NCBI GenBank assembly: GCA_018303785.1
Contig: JAGVXM010000014.1
Coordinates: 1 to 37,473 of the forward strand
Length of the DNA stretch: 37,473 nucleotides
Origin: Candidatus Pacearchaeota archaeon
GTDB taxonomy: Archaea; Nanobdellota; Nanobdellia; Pacearchaeales; GW2011-AR1
Reading direction: 5' to 3'
Shown here: piece by piece, positions 27,373 through 37,139 of the stretch
How positions within the stretch are numbered: the first letter of the stretch is position 1
Layout of the letters: each line of letters begins with the position of its first letter
Position numbers and translations under genes: made by a program
Notes under the pieces: model-generated
The model's database searches: none
Seen by the model: the letters and a program-made list of their open reading frames with translations, nothing else
What the model was told of the DNA's origin: nothing

Positions 27373-27446
27373 TGGTCCTGCCAAGATTTGAACTTGGGAC
27401 CCCTACCTTATCAGAGTAGTGCTCTACCAGGCTGAGCTACAGGACC
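27373..27446 (-). tRNA. tRNA-Ile (GAT), no intron, CCA not encoded
   Basis: GGTCCTG TAGCTCAGCCTGGTAGAGC A CTACT-CTGATAA-GGTAG GGGTC CCAAG-TTCAAAT-CTTGG CAGGACC A folds as a cloverleaf. Confidence 0.95.
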
Positions 27447-27598
27447 TTTAATTGGTACTTTTACAATCCCTTATAGAGGTTATGTATAAGGGCCTTACAA
27501 ATCTAAAATTTGAAAGGTTTATAAGAGTTGTGTTATTTGGATGACTTTTAAAAGAAAGATATAAAAAGTATCTATGATTTTTATTCCTACTTCTCAAA

Positions 27599-28336
27599 AT
27601 GGCTAAACAGACTCTTAATACTAAACCCGCCGATAAAGACGCATCACAAATAGAACTTCTTAAAATAATTGTTGAAGATTTAATAAATAAACAGTCTGTT
27701 GTTATTATCGATTTACTTGCTGGCAAAAAAAATGTCAATGAATTTCATATTGCCGAGAAATTAGGATTAACAATAAATCAGACAAGAAATATTTTATATA
27801 AATTATCTGATTATGGGCTTGTTTCTTTTACGAGGAAAAAAGATAAAAGAAAAGGTTGGTATATTTATTTCTGGGAACTTAATACGCATCAATCTCTTAT
27901 ATTACTGAAAGAAAAATTAGAGAAAAAAATTGAGGTGTTGGAGTCACAGCTAAAAAATCGACGGGAAAGTCGTTATTATCTTTGTGAAACTTGCTCAATC
28001 GAAGTAGATGAAGAGAATGCGTTATTGAACAATTTTGTTTGTCCTGAGTGTGAAAATGTTTATATTCTTTCAGAAAGCGGTGAGATCATAAAAAATATTG
28101 AGAAAAATATTGTTAAGCTCAAGAAAGAGGTAGGATTTGTTAATGAAGAAGTACAAAAGCATCAAGTTAAACGTGCTAAACAGAAAGTACGAAAAATTGC
28201 GCGTGAAGAAAAAGTAAAAGTTGAGAAAAGAAGAAAGGCGCATCAAGAAAGAATGAAGCTTAAGGGAAAATTACCTAAAGTCATTAAGAAAACTACTGAC
28301 ACGAGAATTAAAAAAAAGATTAAAAAGAAAAAATAA
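27599..28336 (+). CDS. tfe: Transcription factor E (TFE alpha) with Lys-rich tail
   Basis: EFHIAEKLGLTINQTRNILYKL wHTH, GWYIYFW, CETC...FVCPEC. Confidence 0.92.
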   Translation: MAKQTLNTKPADKDASQIELLKIIVEDLINKQSVVIIDLLAGKKNVNEFHIAEKLGLTINQTRNILYKLSDYGLVSFTRKKDKRKGWYIYFWELNTHQSLILLKEKLEKKIEVLESQLKNRRESRYYLCETCSIEVDEENALLNNFVCPECENVYILSESGEIIKNIEKNIVKLKKEVGFVNEEVQKHQVKRAKQKVRKIAREEKVKVEKRRKAHQERMKLKGKLPKVIKKTTDTRIKKKIKKKK

Positions 28337-28343
28337 TATTTCT

Positions 28344-29246
28344 ATGGCCCCTTGGTTCGAAAAAAAATTAGGAAAAGAAAATTTGAGAAAGGAATCATTA
28401 CGGAGAATTGATAATTCGCATCAAAGTTTTTTCCGGAAATTGAGCATTACACAATGGCTTATTATTCTCAATGTTATCGTATATCTTCTTGTTTTTTTGA
28501 CGATTACTTTTGGTGCGAATGAGAAAAGAGTTTTTTCTTTAATTGCTCTTCAGCCAAATAATTTTTTCTCAGGGTCAATTTGGACTGCCTTTACAAGTAT
28601 GTTTACACATATTTGGCTCCCTCATTTAATTTTTAATATGATTTCGCTTTTATTTTTGGGAAATTTTTTAGAAAGAATAATTGGGAGAAAAAAATTTTTA
28701 TGGTTTTATATTTTCTCTGGATTAGTTGCTTCAATTTTTTATGCAGCCCTTTCTTATTTTTTTGGAAGTTCAGATTTAGGTGCGCGAATATTTGTTTCTC
28801 CTGAATCCTATGCAGTAGGTGCTTCTGGGGCTATATTCGGACTTGCTGGATTATTATCAGTTTTAACACCTTTTATGAGTGTTTACTTGATTGCTGGACC
28901 AATTATCGCTATCGTTGTTCAGTCTTTGATTGGCATGGTCATTGAACAAGAAGCAATTCTTGCTATGATAAATTTTGTTATAACAGTGTATATTTTTTTC
29001 TCAATCTTTTCCATGTTTTCACATTCTTCTGTTATGAGAAATATAGCAGTTCCGATACGAATGCATTTCTGGATACTTCCTATTGCTGCAATTGTACCGT
29101 TATTTATCGTCGGGTTGTTTGTCGAATTACCCATTGGAAATACTGCACACCTTGGCGGTTTAATTGCAGGAATTTTTTACGGATTTTATTTAAAAAATAA
29201 ATATAAAAAGAAAACTGCTATGATTAGCAAATATTTTAGCAGATGA
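28344..29246 (+). CDS. Rhomboid intramembrane serine protease
   Basis: TSMFTH..HLIFNM, VGASGAIFG (Ser), AHLGG (His). Confidence 0.93.
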   Translation: MAPWFEKKLGKENLRKESLRRIDNSHQSFFRKLSITQWLIILNVIVYLLVFLTITFGANEKRVFSLIALQPNNFFSGSIWTAFTSMFTHIWLPHLIFNMISLLFLGNFLERIIGRKKFLWFYIFSGLVASIFYAALSYFFGSSDLGARIFVSPESYAVGASGAIFGLAGLLSVLTPFMSVYLIAGPIIAIVVQSLIGMVIEQEAILAMINFVITVYIFFSIFSMFSHSSVMRNIAVPIRMHFWILPIAAIVPLFIVGLFVELPIGNTAHLGGLIAGIFYGFYLKNKYKKKTAMISKYFSR

Positions 29247-29283
29247 GTATATTTAAAAACTAATTTTACTTTTTATATTTAAG

Positions 29284-30000
29284 ATGCGAAAAAAACAGAA
29301 AAAGAAAAAAGATTTCATTTATGATCATTTCAGAAACGGTTTAAAAACAATTCGCGATTCGAAAATTTATTTATATTTTGCTGTTGGTTTGTTTTTATTA
29401 TTTACATTTATTGGATTTTTATTCCCAATTTTTTTTGATGAGCAAATTCAAAATACAATTACTGACCTTGTCAATAAAACTGAAGGGTTAGGACCTTATG
29501 GACTTATGAGATTTATAATAACCAATAATATTCTTACCTCTTTTTTTGGAATGATGCTGGGAATTTTATTAGGTTTACCGACCCTATTTGTTTTGGTATT
29601 GAATGGGTATATTCTTGGTTATGCTGCAAATAAAAGTGTGGCTATAGAAGGGATTCTAATTTTGTGGAGATTATTACCTCATGGCATTTTTGAATTGCCT
29701 GCAGTTTTGATTAGCTTGGGATTAGGAATTAAACTTGGCTACGAATTGATGATAAATTGTATTCATTCTATTGATAAAAAAGCTAATCAAGTTAAAATTT
29801 CTTTGTTACGATTATTATCTTTTGTATTTTTCCCGATTGCTTTTTTTGTCTATTTAGTTATGACATTTACGAGAGATAGATTACGAAATTTATTTATAAT
29901 AAATATTCGAAATTCGCTCGATGTTTTTATTTTTATAGTTGTCCCTTTGTTAGTTATTGCTGGAATAATTGAGGGTTTTTTGATTTGGGTTTTGAGTTAG
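29284..30000 (+). CDS. SpoIIM-family membrane protein
   Basis: IITNN, LVLNG, LLPHGIFELPA, LLVIAGIIEG. Confidence 0.9.
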   Translation: MRKKQKKKKDFIYDHFRNGLKTIRDSKIYLYFAVGLFLLFTFIGFLFPIFFDEQIQNTITDLVNKTEGLGPYGLMRFIITNNILTSFFGMMLGILLGLPTLFVLVLNGYILGYAANKSVAIEGILILWRLLPHGIFELPAVLISLGLGIKLGYELMINCIHSIDKKANQVKISLLRLLSFVFFPIAFFVYLVMTFTRDRLRNLFIINIRNSLDVFIFIVVPLLVIAGIIEGFLIWVLS

Positions 30001-30849
30001 ATTGAATAAATGGCCTTTTTGTTCCCAAAATTTTTTTATTTTCTCAATAAGGTTATCTGAAATATTGTTTGGTGTTGAAAAATCTTTTACATATTCAAAA
30101 TCTATGAGATTTATTGACCCAAAATTGTCAATTAAAAAAATATTAGGGAAATTATCATGTAATGACCTACGAAAATTATCATTAAATGGTTTAAAATATT
30201 CTAAACCTAAAATTCGTGGAACAACGTCAAATAGAGCTACAAAATCAAAGTCTCCTGAAAGAAGAGATGAACGATTTTCATTTAGAGCATCAAACAAGCA
30301 TCGTGTAACATACTTTTCATCGGTGTCCAAAGGTTTTTGTCTTCCTCCTTTATAACCATATTTTATCCCTGAGTCTCTTTTTAGTTCTAAGTCCATAGAA
30401 ATAAATTTAACTATTTCGTGGAGTGTTTTAAATTCAAAAGAATTTGATCTAATTTCCTTTCTTTTTGATAATTTGATATTATTGGCTAGTACTTCAATGA
30501 TATCCTCTATTAGTTTTTTATTTTCATTACCTCGATATGAATATGTATTTCCATTTTTTGCGATATATGCCGTTAGAATTCGATTAAATCTTCTTATCTC
30601 CGTTGTTGCAGGATAAATTGTACTTGCATTATTGAATCTTAGCAATTTATTATGATTTAATTCTTCTTTGTACGTATATAATAATTTATTGGGATCTAAA
30701 AAATCAATATATTGACCTTCAATTAGATGATTTCCCAGTCCATTATAATCTCTGCTGTAACCACTTTTTTTCGCGCTTGGATTAATATATACTCGTGTCT
30801 CATAATGGAATATTTCATCTAATGTTACTTGTGCAAGAGATTTTTGCAT
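29950..30849 (-). CDS. Hypothetical protein, possibly PIN-like fold
   Basis: DTDEKYV...LLSGDFDF resembles PIN/NYN acidic motifs. Confidence 0.55.
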   Translation of the reverse strand: MQKSLAQVTLDEIFHYETRVYINPSAKKSGYSRDYNGLGNHLIEGQYIDFLDPNKLLYTYKEELNHNKLLRFNNASTIYPATTEIRRFNRILTAYIAKNGNTYSYRGNENKKLIEDIIEVLANNIKLSKRKEIRSNSFEFKTLHEIVKFISMDLELKRDSGIKYGYKGGRQKPLDTDEKYVTRCLFDALNENRSSLLSGDFDFVALFDVVPRILGLEYFKPFNDNFRRSLHDNFPNIFLIDNFGSINLIDFEYVKDFSTPNNISDNLIEKIKKFWEQKGHLFNLTQNPNQKTLNYSSNN

Positions 30850-30869
30850 AATTAAGCATTAATTTTTGC

Positions 30870-32078
30870 TTAATAAAAATTTCTCTTATAGAACCACTGG
30901 GTTAATTTCTTTTGTTTCCCATATTCTTTTAGTAAAATTGATTTTTCTCTGAAAACTTTTATTGGCAATTTGAGTCTTATTTGTGCTTGTTGCAAGGCTT
31001 GGTCGATCGTTGCAAATCTTTCTGGTGTTTTTCTGAATGCATCGCGCGTACATTCTCGTAAAATCCCGACTCCTAATGGAGCATAATAATCTGGCCTAAC
31101 TTCCCTAAAAAATATAGCTGTTGCCTGTTTTTTAATTTTTTCAAGATATTCACAGACAGCAACGCGATTTGCATAATATGCCCCTACAACATTATTCGCA
31201 TAATATTTTCTTCCATGAAATAATTCAAAATCTTGCCAGAATTTTATTTCTCCGAATTTTATTTCTGCTTCAATAACTTCGAAAGAAAAATTTCCTGGAA
31301 GCAATAATATTTCATAGTGGTTGCCATTATATTCCTCATTAAATAACAGTATTTCGTTGATTTCTTCATAATGTCGAATATTTTCCAGGAAATTTTTTGA
31401 GATAGTATCATCTACTGCTGTAATGGACCATCGAGTAGGTACTAATCTCCTTCTTGTTTGTTGTCCTAATAGACCTGTGCTTAGTATTTTGTTAATATTG
31501 GATATTGCGATTTGGGATTTGTAAAGCTCTCTTATTGCATCTGCGGCTTTAACTTGGGTATCTGAAACAATGTAATCTACTTTTGGCTTGACTTTAGGGT
31601 TTTCTTGGAGTCTTGCATGATCGAGCGGAGCTGGATTTGCGATAATAGGAGAGAACCTACTTATTTCGAGAGATTTTGCTGGAGGTTTTTTTAAAAAAAA
31701 TTCAGTTGACACTGATTTGTAAGCAAGACTTAGTTCTTGCATTATGTTTAGGAATTTTCCCGAATAGGTTTTTTTTGTATTTACTTTAAATTTACCGTAA
31801 ATTAATTGACCTCTTCGCGATAGAATATCATAAATCGAAAACTTTTTTTCATACCATACTTCTGGATATGACATTGCCTCGGTTCCTTCGTAAACTTCGG
31901 GCGATAATATTCCAGCATTCACATGAGGGTAATTGAATCTACCTACGAAAACTTCAGGTGGAGATGCACCAGAAAAATGAGTTTTATTTGGCTGTACTCC
32001 TAAATCTGAATATATAATTCTTTTCTTATTGCCTAGAATTTTTCCTTCAAATAATCTTTTATTGTTATCGAACATCAC
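30870..32078 (-). CDS. nreA: Nre-family archaeal DNA repair protein
   Basis: SPPEVFVGRFNYP, RRLVPTRWSITAVDD, YYAPLGVG; C-terminal PIP box QKKLTQWF. Confidence 0.92.
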   Translation of the reverse strand: MMFDNNKRLFEGKILGNKKRIIYSDLGVQPNKTHFSGASPPEVFVGRFNYPHVNAGILSPEVYEGTEAMSYPEVWYEKKFSIYDILSRRGQLIYGKFKVNTKKTYSGKFLNIMQELSLAYKSVSTEFFLKKPPAKSLEISRFSPIIANPAPLDHARLQENPKVKPKVDYIVSDTQVKAADAIRELYKSQIAISNINKILSTGLLGQQTRRRLVPTRWSITAVDDTISKNFLENIRHYEEINEILLFNEEYNGNHYEILLLPGNFSFEVIEAEIKFGEIKFWQDFELFHGRKYYANNVVGAYYANRVAVCEYLEKIKKQATAIFFREVRPDYYAPLGVGILRECTRDAFRKTPERFATIDQALQQAQIRLKLPIKVFREKSILLKEYGKQKKLTQWFYKRNFY

Positions 32079-32115
32079 GCTATATGCGCAAACTAATATA
32101 AATTAATTTGGATGT

Positions 32116-32331
32116 TTACTCTCGTAAGTCGCTTATACCTAACAATAAGAAAAGAAGGCCGATCATTATTACAAACCAAATGATTCCTCCTTTAAGAAAA
32201 TCCCATGCAGCTGATCCGAAATTAAAAGAAATTCCGTAGACATTCCAATGGTAAACATGGGAATATCCTGCTATCAATACTGCAACGATTATTAGGACAA
32301 GTCCTATCAATATCTCTAACCATTTATTCAT
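32116..32331 (-). CDS. Small two-TM membrane protein
   Basis: Two hydrophobic helices; ends LGISDLRE. Confidence 0.8.
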   Translation of the reverse strand: MNKWLEILIGLVLIIVAVLIAGYSHVYHWNVYGISFNFGSAAWDFLKGGIIWFVIMIGLLFLLLGISDLRE

Positions 32332-32453
32332 TGTAAAGTTATTATAAAAAATTTGTTTATAAATATTATTGTAGTTTTTTGTGTGATTTCAAAAAAGGTA
32401 TGATTGTTATTACTTTCAAAGATGAAAATGTAGGCGGAAGCTTTGAGATAATT

Positions 32454-32717
32454 TCAATCGATATTCATTGATTTGATATAGGGCTCTAATTGAAATAATC
32501 TAAACAATGTGTTTTTTTGGATAAAATCCATTAATCCAATGATATTTGTTTGGGCATACAATTTATATCGTAAGTTTTGGCTTTCGAGATAACTGCAAAT
32601 TTCTTTTTTAGATGCTGGAGAGTGAGAGTCAATAATAACTGAAAGATTCTGTTCTGGATCTATTTTTTCTTCTAAAAATTTTTGCTTCTCTTCCATTAAT
32701 GGAAATTTTACACGCAT
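32454..32717 (-). CDS. Hypothetical protein
   Basis: 87-aa ORF; possibly a small alpha/beta domain. Confidence 0.55.
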   Translation of the reverse strand: MRVKFPLMEEKQKFLEEKIDPEQNLSVIIDSHSPASKKEICSYLESQNLRYKLYAQTNIIGLMDFIQKNTLFRLFQLEPYIKSMNID

Positions 32718-32817
32718 TTTTTATTTAACCATTCGTTATTAATAAAGCTTTTGCAATAGCTTCAAACTGGATCGAACCCTTCGCGCGATTTATAAAGTAG
32801 TTTCTTTTAAATAAATC

Positions 32818-32919
32818 ATGACTGACATTGAAAATCAAAGACACTCAAAAACTTTCAGTTTTTGGTGCCCTGAAAACTTTAAGTTTTCAGAGTTTTCAAG
32901 CCCGTCATTTTTCATGTGA
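32818..32919 (+). repeat. Palindromic (REP/MITE-like) element or structured leader encoding a 33-aa uORF
   Basis: Hairpins CACTCAAAAACT-TTC-AGTTTTTGGTG (32842-32867) and CTGAAAACTT-T-AAGTTTTCAG (32870-32890), enclosed by ATGAC..TTGAAAA / TTTTCAA..GTCAT. Confidence 0.6.
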
Positions 32920-32925
32920 TACAAA

Positions 32926-35331
32926 ATGACAGATGATAAATTCATCCTGATGGGATTAGATGATGATAACGCTAAAAATGTAGCAGAGGTATTGAAAAGT
33001 AAGACTGCAAAAAAAATACTTGATTATTTAAGTGAAACTAAAGAAGCTAGTGAAAAAGATATTGCAGACAAATTACAATTACCAATTAATACTATTGAAT
33101 ATAATTTAAAAAAACTTATTAGCGCAGGATTTGTCAAGAAATCCAGTAATTTTTTTTGGAGTGTAAAAGGTAAAAAAATTCCAATGTATACTCCTGCAAA
33201 AAAACATATAATTATTGGCGCGAAAAAGCCGACTATGAATATATTAAAATCAATATTGCCATTATTAATTATCGCATTGGGGTTAATTGCAGTTGTTCTG
33301 TTATTTTCATTTTATAATCGTGATCAGTATACATACACTGACGATTCTCTTAAAACATTTAAATCTGAAGATGAGTTGAAATCATTTTTGAAACAAAATG
33401 TGAATAAACATTATTATGGAGGGAGAACCGATAGTTTTACCGCTGCAAGCGCCGAGTCTTTAGATGTTCGATCAACTAAATCAACTGCAGGCTCTGATGA
33501 TTATTCTACTACCAATATACAAGTTACAGGTGTTGATGAAGCAGATATAATAAAAAATGATGGCAAATATATTTATGCATTGACCTATAATAAAGCATTC
33601 ATCATTGATGCTTTTCCACCTGAAGGAATGAAGGTTATTAGTGAAATAAAATTTAATGAGAGCGAAAGTGCAAGCCAAATGTTTGTTAATGGAGATACAT
33701 TGATTTTATTCACAAATACCTATATGTATGGGGGCGGATGCAGTGGTGATGTTTGCATAGCTCAAAGTGATGTAGCTATTGCGTCAGATGCTGTTAGCTC
33801 AAAAGTTGCAGAATCATCGATGATAGCTCCAGAGTATTATGGAAGTTCATGGACGAATATTTATCTTTATGATATCTCTGATAGGGAAAATATTAAGCTT
33901 GAAAAAGTTATTGAAATCGATGGTAATTATGTTAACTCTCGAATGATAGAAAATTATGTTTATTTAATTTCTAACAAAAATATAAACGTTAATAATCCTG
34001 TTCCTCCAATTTATAGATTGAATGGCCAAGAAGTGAAAACTTCAGTCGCAGATATTTATTACTGGGGATATCCTGATAGTAATTATATGTTTACATCTGT
34101 ATCTGCAATTAATGTTAATGATAGAGCATTAGATTCTAAAACTTTTTTAACTGGGTATTCTAGTTCGTTATATGTATCTGAAAAAAATATTTATTTGACG
34201 TCGACAAAATCGGTTGATTATGCAATTTATTCCGAGAAATATTTTAACGAGGTTGCTTTACCATTACTTCCTGGAGACGCCTCACTTTCAAAGATAATTA
34301 ATTCTGATGATGATGTTTATACGAGAATGTCTCGTGTCCAAGAATTTATCTACAGTCATTCGCTTACTTTGACTGGTAAAGAGAAAGAATTATTCGATCA
34401 ACAATTTCAGAAACTTCAAGAAACTTTTGAAACAAAAATTTCTAAGGAAACTGAAAGAACAGTTGTTCACAAAATAAGCATGGATAAGAATGTGATTAAT
34501 TTTGAGGAAACAGGTGAAGTTCCAGGAACTGTTTTAAACCAGTTTTCTATGGATGAACATAACGGGAATTTTAGAATTGCAACTACTACAGGAAATTGGA
34601 GAGACACTAGTTTAAATCACTTGTATATTCTTGATGAAGACTTAGATATTGTTGGTAGCGTTGAGGATTTAGCAAAAGGTGAGCGAATTTATTCGACTAG
34701 ATTCATGGGAGATAAAGTTTACATGGTTACATTTAGACAGGTAGATCCTTTGTATGTAATTGATGCTTCAAATCCAGAGAATCCTAAAGTTTTGGGTTAT
34801 CTAAAGGTTACTGGTTATTCGAGTTATTTACATCCCTATGATGAAGCTCATATAATCGGCATTGGTATGGAAGCAACTGAAGATGGTAGGGTTCAAGGGT
34901 TAAAGATCGCATTATTTGATGTTAGCGACTTTGAAAATCCAAAAGAAGCTTCAAAATACGATTTGAGCAATAAAGTTCCTGGTAAATACAGCTATTCCCA
35001 TAGTGATGCGCTATATGATCATAAAGCATTTTTATTCAGTAAAGAAAAAGGTATTTTGGTAATTCCAGTTTCAATTTCTAGTTATTCTGAAGATTATTCA
35101 ACAAATGAATATTGGCAGGGAGCATACGTCTTCAATATAAATAGTGAGGCTATTGAATATAAGGGCCGAATATCGCATTATGAATCTGAGAATTATTTGT
35201 ATTATGTAAGAAGATCATTGTACATCGGAAATAGTTTATACACTTTTTCAGACCTAAAGATTAAGGCAAACGATTTAAGTGATTTGCGGGAAATTTCAAG
35301 TGTACTTCTTCAGAATGATTACATCAAATAA
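32926..35331 (+). CDS. ArsR-like HTH + TM + extracellular beta-propeller domain protein
   Basis: VLKSKTAKKILDYL...SEKDIADKLQLPINTIEYNLKKL (HTH); TM LPLLIIALGLIAVVLLFSF; YSTTNIQVTGVDEADIIKNDG, NQFSMDE, GERIYSTRF, VTFRQVDPLYVID (Beta_propel family). Confidence 0.9.
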   Translation: MTDDKFILMGLDDDNAKNVAEVLKSKTAKKILDYLSETKEASEKDIADKLQLPINTIEYNLKKLISAGFVKKSSNFFWSVKGKKIPMYTPAKKHIIIGAKKPTMNILKSILPLLIIALGLIAVVLLFSFYNRDQYTYTDDSLKTFKSEDELKSFLKQNVNKHYYGGRTDSFTAASAESLDVRSTKSTAGSDDYSTTNIQVTGVDEADIIKNDGKYIYALTYNKAFIIDAFPPEGMKVISEIKFNESESASQMFVNGDTLILFTNTYMYGGGCSGDVCIAQSDVAIASDAVSSKVAESSMIAPEYYGSSWTNIYLYDISDRENIKLEKVIEIDGNYVNSRMIENYVYLISNKNINVNNPVPPIYRLNGQEVKTSVADIYYWGYPDSNYMFTSVSAINVNDRALDSKTFLTGYSSSLYVSEKNIYLTSTKSVDYAIYSEKYFNEVALPLLPGDASLSKIINSDDDVYTRMSRVQEFIYSHSLTLTGKEKELFDQQFQKLQETFETKISKETERTVVHKISMDKNVINFEETGEVPGTVLNQFSMDEHNGNFRIATTTGNWRDTSLNHLYILDEDLDIVGSVEDLAKGERIYSTRFMGDKVYMVTFRQVDPLYVIDASNPENPKVLGYLKVTGYSSYLHPYDEAHIIGIGMEATEDGRVQGLKIALFDVSDFENPKEASKYDLSNKVPGKYSYSHSDALYDHKAFLFSKEKGILVIPVSISSYSEDYSTNEYWQGAYVFNINSEAIEYKGRISHYESENYLYYVRRSLYIGNSLYTFSDLKIKANDLSDLREISSVLLQNDYIK

Positions 35332-35483
35332 TTTGTTAAAAAAGTTTTAACCAAAAGCTTTTTAATGCAAATTCGATTTTCAACTGAAATTCATACTATA
35401 TTTTGGATTATAGTATTTAATAGATATGATGAGTAATGAAAGAATTTAAATTTCCGAATGTATTATAACAATATAAAAAGAGC

Positions 35484-36578
35484 ATGGAAGACACAAACAT
35501 TTTCAAAGCGGAGTTAAGCAACGAGATTAATGTTCCTAAAATAAAGATTGAGGAAGTTAAGGCTTTATCGAAAATTGACCTTCTTAAAAAATTAAGTTCT
35601 GGGACTGAGCTTCGCGAAGGAATTGAGAACATAGTTAAAGGAGGTATGGGCGCAATAATTGTTGCATCGAGTCCCAAAGTAATGGAAATTGCGAAAGGAG
35701 GCTTTAAGGTTAATTGCAAATTTAATTCAAAACGTTTGACCGAATTGGCAAAAATGGATGGGGCCATAATTTTATCGGAGGATTTCAGAAAAATTCTTTT
35801 TGCAAATGTATATTTGGTTCCTGACAGCAATTTAACAAGTATTGAAACCGGAATCAGACATCAAGTTGCTGAAAGAACGGCAAAACAAATTAATGGATTG
35901 GTTATTGCTGCATCTCAACGTCGTCGAGAAATTACCATTTATTATGGGAACAGTCGTTATGTTTTACAGCATACAGAATCTTTATTACGAAGAGCAACAG
36001 AAACACTTCAAATTTTGGAAAAGCAGAGAGACGCATTTAATGAATTAATAATTAACTTTAATGTTTTAGAAATAACAAATCTGGTATCAGTTGCGGACAT
36101 CTGCCGAATTTTGCAACGAATAGAGATAATGAAAAAAATGATCAATATAATTAATGAGTTGATTATCGAATTAGGAAAAGAAGGAATTATACTAAGAATG
36201 CGAATGCGAGAGATTGTGCGTGGCATTGAAAAAGAGGAAGATTTTTTAGTTAAAGATTATAGAATTAAGCTAAATAGAATACGAAGTTTTTTCGATAATC
36301 TTAATTTTGAGGAAATTTTAGATATCGATAATATTGGATTGAATTTGTTCAAGGACTCATTGGATAAAGAAATTTCTCCGAAAGGATATAGAATCTTGAA
36401 TAAAACTAATTTACCTAAACATGATATTGAGCTTTTGATAAAAAACTTCAACAGCTTAGAGGGAATTTTCGCCTCGGAAATTGAAGATCTCGAGCGAATT
36501 TTAGGTGTTAATGCACATAATTTCAAGAAAGAATTGAATCATTTAAGAGAACAGATTTTAGTTGGGAAGCGCGTATAG
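35484..36578 (+). CDS. disA: DNA integrity scanning protein / diadenylate cyclase DisA
   Basis: GTELREGIENI, ELAKMDGAIILS (DGA), ETGIRHQVAER (RHR-like), helical linker, SPKGYRIL and C-terminal HhH. Confidence 0.92.
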   Translation: MEDTNIFKAELSNEINVPKIKIEEVKALSKIDLLKKLSSGTELREGIENIVKGGMGAIIVASSPKVMEIAKGGFKVNCKFNSKRLTELAKMDGAIILSEDFRKILFANVYLVPDSNLTSIETGIRHQVAERTAKQINGLVIAASQRRREITIYYGNSRYVLQHTESLLRRATETLQILEKQRDAFNELIINFNVLEITNLVSVADICRILQRIEIMKKMINIINELIIELGKEGIILRMRMREIVRGIEKEEDFLVKDYRIKLNRIRSFFDNLNFEEILDIDNIGLNLFKDSLDKEISPKGYRILNKTNLPKHDIELLIKNFNSLEGIFASEIEDLERILGVNAHNFKKELNHLREQILVGKRV

Positions 36579-36612
36579 GAATATTTTTATAGTTTTTTTA
36601 ATTTCTTCTTTT

Positions 36613-37092
36613 ATGAATCTTAATGTCGCTTTTAGCAAAAGAAATTGTATTGCGCCGGGATATGCTCCGATAACTATTTGCATTTCGGATGGATTAGAAA
36701 CCTTGTTGCAAGGAAATAAAATTACTGTTCCTCAAGGCTATATTACTGATGCTATTCAATTATTTAGAAAAGCTCATCATAGTTTCCGCGTTTATGGATT
36801 TGCTGTTAAAGATGATCCCGTAGATGTTAATGGATATGATTTGTTGTACATTGATTTTTTGGGAGAGGCGTATGGAAGAGCTAAGCCAACATATACTCGC
36901 CGTATTGATGCCTTAGAAAAAAAAGTACGCGAAGGATTATTTTTAACGGAATGCCTGCCAACTGTTTTTTTAAATCAAGAAATTCCTGAGTCTTCTGTTG
37001 AGGACTATAGGGAATTGCAAAAAGTATATAGAAATTTGTATGAAATAGCAAGACGAGAACATCCTCATTTTTATTATGCCTGTTCTCTATAA
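36613..37092 (+). CDS. Hypothetical protein
   Basis: Long ORF; start moved to ATG 36613 to avoid overlapping disA. Confidence 0.6.
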   Translation: MNLNVAFSKRNCIAPGYAPITICISDGLETLLQGNKITVPQGYITDAIQLFRKAHHSFRVYGFAVKDDPVDVNGYDLLYIDFLGEAYGRAKPTYTRRIDALEKKVREGLFLTECLPTVFLNQEIPESSVEDYRELQKVYRNLYEIARREHPHFYYACSL

Positions 37093-37139
37093 TATACAAG
37101 AAGTTTTTTATTGAATACAATAAAATTATCTTGCATGCT

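Noticed and set aside
27448-27738. 96-aa minus-strand ORF next to the tRNA
   Set aside because: It overlaps tfe antisense and spans the divergent promoters; no motif.
5054-36526. Numerous 60-150 aa antisense or alternate-frame ORFs in the track (e.g. 8936-9397, 20360-20791, 22338-22706, 30002-30355, 35417-35830)
   Set aside because: They overlap well-supported genes and have the Phe/Ser/Ile-rich composition expected of shadow frames of AT-rich, Lys-rich genes.
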